Below are positions 51,901 through 63,161 of a stretch of 64,000 bases of DNA, piece after piece. Position numbers and translations under genes: made by a program. The notes under the pieces were generated by a model. That model worked only from the letters and a program-made list of their open reading frames with translations, had not been told where the DNA came from and searched no databases. Position 1 is the first letter of the stretch, and every line of letters starts with the position of its first letter. Source of the DNA: Haliotis rufescens (Eukaryota); the NCBI RefSeq assembly GCF_023055435.1, contig NW_025963791.1, forward strand, positions 41,726,001-41,790,000, in the 5' to 3' direction.

Positions 51901-54900
51901 TTGCTGGCCATGGCATTCTATGGATGTTGTGCCTGGGGCGAACACTGGCGATTTGTGCACGGTGAGCAAGGGTGAAGTCATCCTGAAAGACAAAACGTCG
52001 AGCCACACAGGTCCTGAACGGGGTCGATCGTCAACATTTTGTTAAAGGTTGTGAAAGGTTGAACGGATTGGCCAGTGCACGCTGACTTCTGCGAGTTTCC
52101 AGCATATCAATAGCCCGTAGAAGCTCCGCAAACAATGAATCAAATCAAGCAAATCACAACTGTTTGTTAAGCAGAATCAGTAAGACTCATAGTAATAATA
52201 TTCCACATGGATTAATCGACCTTCCTTGAAAGTGTCAAAATTAGACATGACACCCTACGCACGTGTGTGGCGCTACTGCGTGAGACACGTGCAAACTACA
52301 GGATGTGTTAAGAGTTACAGACATCTTAAACATCCTTGCATAGGATGTTTGTCGTCGACACTTATCTTTATTTTGATAGTGGGTATTAACATTTATGGTT
52401 CACGATCCCTTACTTTTTATCCCCCCGGTTTGAAAACCCCCCGGAGAGATACAGCGATCAGCATGTCCGTCTGTCTGTCCGTCAGCCGTCCCTTTTCCGT
52501 TTCCGGAGCAGTGCTCCAAAACCGTTAAATATTTCTTGTTGAAACATGCTATATATATATCAGTCTAGTGATGATCTGGTGCCTTTCGATGATTTGGGAT
52601 TTGGAAAAATATTGAACAGTATTATTTATTTCTTCACTGAACTGAAGGCATAAAATGGCAATGAACCAAAAGTGGGGTATAAGTAGTCAAACTCCATTTC
52701 CGAATTGCACCAGACCGGGGGATATGTCATCTCCTGATGACTCCTGTTTTGAAGAGTATATATTCTGAGCAACTGCAGTTGTATAACACTGTATGTGCCT
52801 TACACACGTGCTATACAGGTGTGAACACAGGGCACGAAACGTAATAACGATATGCTGGATGGTAATTGGACACCCTGTAAATGATCAAGCCGTGAATTGG
52901 TGTGAGTGAGTGAGTTTAACGCCGCTTTTAACAGTGTTCCAGTTATATCACGGCGTGTCAGCTCAATGTGGGAGGAAAGCCTGAAGTGATGCAGGTCTCA
53001 GACGTTTACCACTTCGGTGAAACCCACGAGCACGGGTATGATGCTGACAAACCTAGAAGCATAATCGGGGTGTGTGGATTGTAGACATCGATATTGCCTG
53101 TCATCTATGACCGAGCTGTGCAGACTGCTCTGTAACTCTGTATCTGCCTCTGCAGGAGACGGTGGAAGACATCATCACAGAGGAGTTCTTCTTCCTAAAC
53201 ATCCCGGAGATAGACGGGGGCGTGGCTGCAGCCAGGGAGATGGCAGACATGGAGGAGTGTGTATATGATGGAATGACTTCATTTGGCCGTGACCCGTGAA
53301 GATCCGGGGTAGAATAGGTCTTCAGCAACCCATGCTTACCGCAAGAGGCGACTACACTTGTCGTAAGAGGCGACTAACGGGATCGGGTTGTCAGGCCCGC
53401 TGACTTGGTTGATGCATATCATCGTATCACAATTGCGTAGATCGATTCTCATGATATCAATCACTAGATTGTCTGGTCCAGACTCGAATATTTGCAGACC
53501 GCCGTCATATAGCTGGAATAGCGCTGAGTGCGGCGTTAAACAAGAAGCAAGCAACCAAACAAACAAACACACAGGCATCTTAAGTTATCTGACAAATTGT
53601 ATATTGGCCTTTTTCGGTCGTTATATCTTGATATTTCTTTCTAAATAAGTATGTCTATGTTTCAGGCATAAGGTTAAGCTACACTATCACAAACCTATTT
53701 TCACATTTTCACCAAACTTTAACACGTTTGATGAATGTAAGTATGTTTTGAAAGTATGTTTGTAAACATAATAAAATAAACATCGAAATCTTACTCTCTT
53801 AGTCTTTATCGAGTCGGGGGCACGGGTGGCCCAGTCGTCTAAGGCGCCGCGATTCGCTGTGCAGAGTTGCTTCCCTTGGGCACGCCAGAAATCTATGATT
53901 GTGGGTTCGAATCCCGGTTCGCCCCGATTATGTTTCTAGGTTTGTCAGCACCATACCCTTGCCCGTGGGTTTCACCGAAGTGGTAAACGTCTGTGACCTG
54001 CATCACTTCGGGCTTTCCTCCCACATTAAGCTGACACGCCGCGATATAACTGGAATACTGTTAAAAGCGGCGTTAAACCAAACTCACTCACTCACTCACT
54101 CACTCACTCACTTTATCGAGTCTTATTTCTGCATTTGACACATGGAAGCGCTCAATAGCATGCATGTTTGTTTCAGTGTGGATGTGTTCATTTGCACCAG
54201 TCCAATGACGTTCTATAAATATTGTCTACACGAGAAGGTAAGTCACTGGTGCAGTGTTTATCGTACTGAGATCAGACGTTTTTGTTCTTGTTTATAATGT
54301 AGAAAGCACTTGTGTCTCGCGTGTTTCAGTTGTATGATGTTATTAATGCGTATAGAACAGGCCATAAAAAATGCATGAGAAAACGTGTGAACAAATACGT
54401 CACTTTATTCATACCGGTTCACTAGTGCAAACATAACACAGTATTTCCTTGATCATAACAGTCAGACATTTTCGACTATTATGACTAATTAATTCCACAA
54501 TGTCTTGTTGTAGTATCAGTGGGCTGACCCCAGTAAACAGTTCCATGAGTAGTTGTAGTATCAGTAGGGCTGACCCCAGTAAACTGTTTCTTGTGTGGTT
54601 GTAGTATCAGTGGACTGACCCCAGTAAACTGTTTCTTGTGTGGTTGTAGTATCAGTGGGCTGACCCCAGTAAACTGTTTCTTGTGTGGTTGTAGTATCAG
54701 TGGGCTGACCCCAGTAAACTGTTCCTTGTATGGTTGTAGTATCAGTGGGCTGACCCCAGTAAACTGTTCCTTGTGTGGTTGTAGTATCAGTGGGCTGACC
54801 CCAGTAAACAGTTCCATGAGTAGTTGTAGTATCAGTGGGCTTACCCCAGTAAACAGTTCCTTGTGTGGTTGTAGTATCAGTGGGCTGACCCAGTAAACAG

Positions 54901-57874
54901 TTCAATGAGTAGTTGTAGTATCAGTGGGCTGACCCCAGTAAACAGTTCCTTGTGTTGTTGTAGTATCAGTGGGCTGACCCCAGTAAACAGTTCCATTAGT
55001 TGTTTTAGTATTAGTGGGCTGACCCCAGTAAACTGTTTCTTGTGTGGTCGTAGTATCAGTCGGCTGACCCCAGTAAACTGTTTCTTGTGTGGTTGTAGTA
55101 TCAGTGGGCTGACCCCAGTAAACAGTTCCATGAGTAGTTTTAGTATCAGTTGGCTGACCCCAGTAAACTGTTTTTTGTGTGGTTGTAGTATCAGTGGGCT
55201 GACCCCAGTAAACAGTTCCATTAGTAGTTTTAGTATCAGTGGGCATACCCCATTAAACAGTTCCATGTGTGGTTGTAGTATCAGTGGGCTGACCCCAGTA
55301 AACAGTTCCATGTGTGGCTGTAGTATTAGTAGGCTGACCCAGTAAACTGTTTCTTGTGTGGTTGTAGTATCAGTAGGCTGACCCAGTAAACTGTTTCTTG
55401 TGTGGTTGTAGTATCAGTAGGGCTGACCCCAGTAAACAGTTCCATGTGTGGCTGTAGTATCAGTAGGGCTGACCCAGTAAACTGTTTCTTGTGTGGTTGT
55501 AGTATCAGTAGGCTGACCCAGTAAACTGTTTCTTGTGTGGTTGTAGTATCAGTGGGCTGACCCCATTAAACAGTTCCATGTGTGGTTGTAGTATCAGTGG
55601 GCTGACCCCAGTAAACAGTTCCGTGTGTGGTTGTAGTATCAGTAGGCTGACCCAGTAAACTGTTTCTTGTGTGGTTGTAGGATCAGTAGGGCTGACCCCA
55701 GTAAACAGTTCCATGTGTGGTTGTAGTATCAGTGGGCTGACCCAGTAAACTGTTTCTTGTGTGGTTGTAGTATCAGTGGGCTGACCCCATTAAACAGTTC
55801 CATGTGTGGTTGTAGTATCAGTAGGCTGACCCCAGTAAACAGTTCCGTGTGTGGTTGTAGTATCAGTAGGCTGACCTCAGTAAACTGTTTCTTGTGTGGT
55901 TGTAGTATCAGTAGGGCTGACCCCAGTAAACAGTTCCGTGTGTGGTTGTAGTATCAGTAGGGCTGACCCAGTAAACTGTTTCTTGTGTGGTTGTAGTATC
56001 AGTGGGCTGACCCCATTAAACAGTTCCATGTGTGGTTGTAGTATCAGTGGGCTGACCCCAGTAAACAGTTCCGTGTGTGGTTGTAGTATCAGTAGGCTGA
56101 CCCCAGTAAACTGTTTCTTGTGTGGTTGTAGTATCAGTAGGGCTGACCCCAGTAAACAGTTCCGTGTGTGGTTGTAGTATCAGAGGGGCGGTCGGGTAGC
56201 CTAGTGGTTAAAGCGTTCGCTCGTCACGCCGAAGACCCGGGTTCGATTCCCGACATGGGCACAATGTGTGAAGCCCATTTCTGGTGTCCCCCGCCGTGAT
56301 ATTGCTGGAATAGTGCTAAAAGCGGCGTAAAACCATATTCACTCACTCACTGTAGTATCAGTAGGCTGACCCCAGTAAACTGTTTCTTGTGTGGTTGTAG
56401 TATCAGTAGGGCTGAGCCCAGGAAACAGTTCCATGTGTGGTTGTAGTATCAGTAGGGCTGACCCCAGTAAACAGTTCCATGTGTGGCTGTAGTATCAGTA
56501 GGGCTGACCCCAGTAAACAGTTCCTTGTGTGGTTGTAGTATCAGTCGGCTGACCCCAGTAAGCAGTTCCGTGTGTGGTTGTAGTATCAGTGGGCTGACCC
56601 AGTAAGCAGTTACGTGTGTGATTGTAGTATCAGTGGGTGGAGAAGCATCTCGGCGAGCAGTGGCTGGACAGAATCATCATCACCAAGGACAAGACGCTGG
56701 TTCACGGGCACGTGCTGGTGGACGACAGACTCAACATTACAGGTGGTGTTTCAGAGTCGATCTTGCCGTAGTTATGAACCATCTAATGTAAGTAGGGGTA
56801 GCCTAGTTGTTAAAGCGTTCGCTCGTCACGCCGAAGACCCAGTTTCGATTCCCAATGTGTAAAACCTATTTCTGGTGTCCCCGCCATGATACTGCTGGAA
56901 TATTGCTAAAAGCGGCGTACAACAATACTCACTCACTCACTCACTCTTATGCAAGTCACATTAGCGCTGACTTGTTGGTCACAAACATTGCCAGGCTGAC
57001 AACTGCTCATGTCCACTTGTACATGTTTATGAGATTGAATGGATGGAATGTTCATGAATGAAACACCCCAAATGATTGAACCTTTTATAGTTGGCACCGA
57101 AATATCCCCCAAAATTACCTTACATAATATACGTGGAGGCTTTAAAAGCTCAATCCGAAATTAAGTCCACGTTGTGTTACACTCTCGGTATAAAATATGG
57201 ATGCACACGACGTGTTGCGACCTTGACGTAGAGCGCCAGGTAAATCTCGGGAAAATGTTCAAGTAGCCTTACTTGGAGGCAAGACAAGATTAGTACACTT
57301 TCAATTGTATCGACTTTAATTAACTCCACAGTGTTTGATTGTTTGTTTGTTTGTTTGTTGTTTAACGCCGCACTCAGCAATATTCCAGCTATATGACGGC
57401 GGTCTGTAAATAATCGAGTCTGGACCAGACATCATGAGCATCGATCCACGCTATTGGGATACGACGACATGCATCAGCCAAGTCAGCGAACCTGACCACC
57501 CGATCCCGTTAGTCACCTGGGTTGCTGAAGACCTATTCTACGCCGGGTCTTCACGGGTCAACTCCACAATGTCATTCAAATAACTTCCCTATGAGTGATA
57601 AGATTACACTAAGCAATATGCCTTTGTTGTAAACTGTATTGAGAAGTTCATACATTTATCGGGAAGGAAACCGTTTAATGCAAAGACTCAACATAATATT
57701 AGTGAAAGCGTGCATTATCTTCCTCCAGGTGTATGTGAGCAGCCCACCTGGGAGCACATAGTCTTCACGGCGAACCACAACGCAAGGTTTGACGCGGGGG
57801 GCAAACGACGGCTGGACAACTGGACAGACGGACAGTGGAGGAGTCTCATTGAAGACTTTCAGAAGAGGATATGA
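48924..57874 (+). CDS. NT5M: 5'(3')-deoxyribonucleotidase (NT5M/NT5C-like HAD phosphatase), copy 1, 214 aa
   Basis: Exons 48924-49145, 53156-53256, 54177-54237, 56628-56742, 57729-57874. Motifs RVLLDMDQVLADFEG, FFLNIPEIDG, VFICTSP, EKYQWVEKHLG, TKDKT, LVDD, PTWEHIVF, HN, RRLDNW. Confidence 0.92.
49705..50726. mobile_element. Non-autonomous element with a terminal ~150-bp foldback and a 13-bp inverted repeat pair
   Basis: Palindrome 49711-49862; TTTATCATATAAT (49862-49874) and ATTATATGATAAA (50714-50726). Confidence 0.55.
52414..52750 (+). mobile_element. Helentron-associated non-autonomous element (HINE/DINE-1-like)
   Basis: T-run, subterminal IR TATCCCCCCGG ... CCGGGGGATA, (GTCY)n microsatellite, 3' hairpin GTCATC-TCCT-GATGAC, T-run. 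Confidence 0.7.
53291..53570 (+). mobile_element. SINE-like family C (~260 bp, non-tRNA head, (AAAC)n tail)
   Basis: CCCGTGAAGATCCGGGGTAGAATAGGTCTTCAGC...GTCGTAAGAGGCGACTAA...CGGCGTTAAAC(AAAC)n. Other copies ~12225-12450, 12944-13215, 14128-14378, 35060-35265, 45591-45818 (+); 36720-36983, 38150-38413, 38780-39243, 57340-57558 (-). Confidence 0.88.
54505..56637 (+). repeat. 45-bp minisatellite made of 3' acceptor + exon-4 start of NT5 copy 1
   Basis: Unit CTGACCCCAGTAAACTGTTTCTTGTGTGGTTGTAG|TATCAGTGGG; the real junction is TGTGTGATTGTAG|TATCAGTGGGTGGAG at 56627/56628. Confidence 0.97.
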
Positions 57875-58990
57875 CAAGCTGACAAAATAGAATACATGCT
57901 GGAACAATCGGAATAGTGTTGTGTTTTTATTTATTATCATAACTGGTTTAACACAATATGTTTTATTTCTGTTATGAATACACAGTATGTGCAAGGTCGT
58001 TTAGAATTTTGGCGGTGGTGTAGCCTAGTGGTTAAAGCGTTCGATCGTCACGCCCAAGACCTAGGTTCGATTTTCCTTATGGGTACAATGTGTGAAGCCA
58101 ATTTCTGGTGTCCCTCGCCGCGTTATTGCAGAAATATAGCTAAAAGCGGTGCAAAACAATACTCACTCACTTTTAGAATCTGCTGAATCAGATGCCCCGT
58201 GTGGTCAGCAGTGGAAATTATTTGTGTTTAGATTGTGTCTGCCTCTTCAAACGCATGTGTTCCAACAGCCTACATTTCATCTGTGACCTGGCTGGTTTGG
58301 TCTGTGAGCTTCTCAGTGGACATTACGGAACAGAATATGCCCTTGCACCACCTGCTGGTAGTAACTAAGACACGACTCATCTGAGCATTGGGTGGTCATT
58401 GTGCGCGACATGGTTTATTGTGTTTCGATGCAGACCGTACCTTGACGATGTGCGTCGGTGCTCGTACTATCGACCACCGGTTTGCCTGTTCCTACCTTGG
58501 GTAGTTAAAGGCTGTCGTGGTATAACTGGAATACCAGCCTCGGTTTGGTACAGGTTGTGGTATAGCTTGAATATCAGCCTCGGTTAGTTAAAGGCTGTCG
58601 TAGTATAGCTTGAATATCAGCCCATGAAAATATCACCTGTGTCAGTCGATGAGGTCGCATGTTATGTAAGTTGACAAGAACGCCGATATCCTCAATATTC
58701 TGCTCACCGTTGTATATCTGTGTGTCAGATAACGTCACTGAATGGCTTGGAATAGGGTGTGAACAGCTTTGAGCTATGAAATGCACAACATCCATCGCCT
58801 GATTTATTGTTTACATCGAATCAGAAAATGACAGTAATTCTTTAACCTTTATGAAAGCTGGGTGTGCATATGCTTGATCCTTCATAGACATAACGTACCA
58901 GCAGAACATCATAATCACGTATAGTCATCTTACTTCAGATTAGAGGTGAGGTGAGGTGAGAAATGGGGTTTAACGTCGCATCCAAGATTA

Positions 58991-59527
58991 CATCTTCCTG
59001 AGGCAAGAGAATTAACTGACTATAAAAGTCCAGTTTCCACACTTGCCGAACTAGGCTGGTATTATGGAGTTATATTTTGACTGGACTAACGAGTCTATGC
59101 ATAGTCCGAACAAAATCGCGCAGCGACATCGAAATCCGGTTCGTAAACTGCCGTTCAGATTTCGGTCGATTGCAGGATTTGCAAAGCATGTGCACCGCCA
59201 ACTCGTTGTCAGCAGATATTTTCCGAATCTTTTCATGTTTGTACTCAAGGTGCTCACGTGATTTGATGCATTTCGCGATGTAAGACCCGTTTTATCACAA
59301 TATAGATCTTGATTATCGATCAGATCGTCCTGACTGGGTGTCGCCATTGTGTTTGTTCAAGAAGCAAACGCAAGTGATACGAGAGGTGGAATCTGATTGA
59401 TCCATAGGGACATAACTGGTAATAGCCACTGGTGGCGCTACGATCGAGCCAAGTAATTCCAGCCTAGTTCGGCAAGTGTGGAATCTGGACTTTTAAAGTC
59501 AGTTACCTCTCTTGCCTCGAGAAGATG
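58991..59527. mobile_element. MITE with ~68-bp TIRs and 9-bp TSD (Mutator-like)
   Basis: TIR CATCTTC..GAGGCAAGAGA...CCACACTTGCCGAACTAGGCTGG at both ends; TSD CCAAGATTA at 58982-58990 and 59528-59536. Confidence 0.88.
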
Positions 59528-59949
59528 CCAAGATTATTGCACTTGTATAGCGACGCTAGTTATCGTGCTAGCCCACTAAGATACTATGGCAAATTGCTGT
59601 ATCACTTCAATTCATAAATCACGACGCCGATATACTTTGATGGATGGATCAAGACCTGGGCATTGCGAGTTCCGACTGAATATTAAAATAAAAGGGAAAC
59701 AAAGACTGCAAAAGATTTAGATTATTCTTCAGCAGAAATTAATACATTTAACGTAGAAGACTTTCCAGAATCACGGATATATGTTTCAACAACACTGTGA
59801 TACAAATGTGTGTTTTTTCGCGTTTACTCTGATACTTTGTAGGTTTGTTCATGAACCAATGGTGTTTTTTATTACTAGATTCGAGGGTCGACCGATAGAT
59901 AATGTGTAATCGTGAACTCTTTTGTTGTGGACAGTTGAGTCCATGGTGT

Positions 59950-61040
59950 CATAGAGGTATATCAAGAAACGGCTGAGTCAAATGATCAGAACGTGTATCT
60001 GTGACAAGTCAGCAACATGAGCAGGGGTCTGTGACTTTTGGAAAATGGCCAAACGTTAGGAACATGCAGTGATCAAGTACTTACTAAAAGGGGCTTAACA
60101 CCAGAAGCCATCCGTGAAGATATGAGTACAACACAAGTGAAGGATGCCCCTCCCTGTGCCACAGTAAAGAGGTGGGCAGCAGAGTTGTAGGGAGAGCCTT
60201 GAGGACGACCCCTGTCCCGGACGGCCTGTCAAGGCAACAACACCAGAAATGATCTCGAGAATCCAGGATATGTTGATGACCGTGGCTGATCATATTGGTA
60301 GTATTTTCCAGGAAAGAGAACATTCCATTGTAACAGAAACTTTTGCAATGAAGAAAGTATCAGCTCGTTTGGTTCCAAAGCTTCTGACATCTGTTCCAAC
60401 TCACGCCAGACACAACATGTCTCGTGATAACCTAGCTCTTTTCGAAGCTGATCTAGAAAGGTTTTGCAACAATTTGTGACTTTGGGTGAAACCTGGGTTC
60501 TCCACTTGCAGCATGAGTCCAAACAACAATGAAAACAGTGAAAGCATTTGACATTATCACTACCAAAGAATCCATCACCTGGAATGATTATGGCCTCCGT
60601 GTTCTGGGATCCCGGGGGTGTCATTATGGTGGACTACCTTCCAAAAGGCCAGATAAGAAGACTGAGAGAAGTGGTGGGAAGGTGATTAAAGGTGTACTCT
60701 TGTGCCATCCTATTGGCATGGCTACAATCCTACAATGGCTATTGTGTCTTTGAACTCCTTCGACACCCGTCTTGTCCTCCTTGCCTGGCTCCGTGAGACT
60801 TCCTTCTGTTCTCGAACATGAGGAAAGCTCTAACCAGAACCCATTTCGACTCTTACGATGACGTCATTGAAGCTGCGGAACGGCCAAGAGAAGTCTTTCT
60901 AACAAACTGGGATAAAATCCATCCCACATCATTGGCAAAAGTGTATCAATGTGGAAGGTGATTATGTTGAAAAATATATAATAATATCTTTAGGCCAAGT
61001 CTGTCTATGTAAATCTCAGAACTTAGCAATATCTCTTCGA
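59950..61040 (+). mobile_element. Decayed mariner transposon
   Basis: VIKYL, TVKRWAAE, LEDDP.PGRP, KVSARLVPKLLT, ETWV, MASVFWD..GVIMVDYL, DFLLF, WQKCINVEGDYVEK. Confidence 0.87.
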
Positions 61041-61805
61041 ATGTCACCCAAAAGAATTTCCACTTCAACTTCAAATGTTTATTGTATGATAGGCCATAGG
61101 CCCAAATACATGAAGTGGATGCAATACACTACAAAATAAATTTAACAAGTAGAATCCCATGTTTCATTTCTGTACGTTTCTGGTCTTGAAGACGTATTTG
61201 AAATATAACATAACAGACTATATATCTTAATTGTTTGGGTCGATCAGTATTGTGAGGAAAATTCTTTCAGTGTTTTTTTTTACTTCTTTCAGAGAAAAGC
61301 TTGTTCTCTTCTTAAGGCTTTTGCAATCGTTTACTAACTATATACTAACTTTATGAATAGATTTGCACTATATTTATTAAACTTTGGCAGATGTGTCCCG
61401 TTTTTTCTTCTATATTCTACTGAATCGCATATTTATGTTGCATCCGATAAAAGAGCAATTTAGTTAATAATAAACGTTTAACAACAAACAAGGTGCGTTT
61501 TATTTTTAATGCTATTTCGTGGTAACTCCTCTACATAACTTATAACAGCAAACATACAGATTTGAGTTATATTTCCAATCATATTTCGTTTTTAGTTCGT
61601 TACAGTCCTACCTTTACAATCAACCTAGTAAACACGCATGGACGCAACATTAGAGCGCGGAACTACTATACTGACTGGCTGACGCTTTAAATTTGTAATC
61701 CCTCTTTGTGTAGACTCTTACATTTGAACTGAATACATTCTTCGTTACACACAGGCGCTTCATGAACTGTTGGTAATCTGCTGATGTCAATCTGGTCTGT
61801 AGTAC

Positions 61806-62991
61806 ATGTTTGCCACGTTGTCAGGGCACGCGAGAAAGTGGGCGTGTCGTTTCCTGGAAGTTACAAATGCGGCCAATAGACTGACTCAGTCTCCACAAAC
61901 CTATAATCTGATAACCGGGCCAAATACTTCATTTTGTCTTACATTTCTTAAACGATTCGTTGTCATGTCTAAACGTAATTTCAAGGGTCATTCTGCCCAA
62001 TCTAGTGGCCAGACTCGACTGAAAGTACTTCTAGATCTGGACCAAGTTCTTGCTGACTTCGAGGGCCATTTTCTTCGTCGATACAAGGAGAGATTCCCCG
62101 ATCTGCCCTTCATTGAAGAGAACGACCGAAACACGTTCTACCTGAGAGACCAATATGCCAAACTAGGGTCCGATCTGCCAGTATGTGTAGAATTCATGAA
62201 AGACTTTTGCCCATAATAATTATGAATGTATCCATAAAGCCACAAACATTACAACATTTACATTTTATCGATCGATCTTCTGATCACGAACAGGTGCTAG
62301 GTGGAAGGAAAAACCCTGAAAAAACACTCAGAAACATCTGGTCTATGGTAAATCATCATCATTTGGGAAATATTAACATATGACAAGAAAATATATAAAA
62401 AGTCCTTAAAATATTTTTTTTTATCTAAAATAACAGCCCTATGTACCCTCACTTTGTGAAAATAGACTTGAAGCATAAATAAATATGACGAAATGTCTGT
62501 GTTTATAGGACAGAGTGAGGGACGTGTACATGGAGGAGAAGTTCTTCCTGAACCTCCCAGAGATAGAGGGGGCCGTGGCGGCGGCCAAGGAAATGGCAGA
62601 AATGGAGGAGTATGTTGAAAGGAAAAATATATTTATGACCAACCATGAGATAAGGGTCCTTATGGGTGAAAAATCCCATTTTGACATACAGCATACAATA
62701 ATTTAGTCTGAGATTAATGTTCACAGCTCTCAAAGAAGCCTTGTTATGATTTATATTTTGGTTAACTCAAATATAAATAAATTGCAAGTGATTCCATGGC
62801 ATTTGATAGGCTAACCAACCATTTTGGGGAATTTATGGTTCAATAAAGTGGAAGAAATGAATCTACACCCTCTAACAGACTTCTCTTTCCTGACTGGCTG
62901 TATAACAGTGTCAGTGTGTTTGTATTGCAGTGTCGACGTGTTTATATGTACAAGTCCCCTGACGTCCTACAGATATTGTCTGAGTGAGAAG
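61806..62991 (+). CDS. NT5M: 5'(3')-deoxyribonucleotidase (NT5M/NT5C-like), copy 2, first three exons; continues beyond window
   Basis: Exons 61806 (or 61965)-62180, 62509-62609, 62931-62991; same internal exon sizes (101 and 61 nt) and phases as copy 1; KVLLDLDQVLADFEG, FFLNLPEIEG, VFICTSP. Confidence 0.9.
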
Positions 62992-63161
62992 GTGAGTTCA
63001 TCCTTACTGTAATGTGTCACCAGGAACTGCCCTATTATCAGTCTCACCTCAGGAAAGGCCTGTGTTGCACAATGTCTTCACAATATCAGTTGTAGTGTTG
63101 CTGTGGAGACTGAGAATGAAATGATCAAGGGGTCCTTGTCACAAATCCTGTTTTCACTAAG

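Noticed and set aside
53291-53385. Assignment of the SINE-C head to a known ribozyme class
   Set aside because: Could not map HDV, hammerhead, twister or pistol conserved cores by eye; left as an unclassified structure
54485-56177. Thr-rich mucin-like and Cys-rich ORFs
   Set aside because: Translations of the 45-bp acceptor minisatellite
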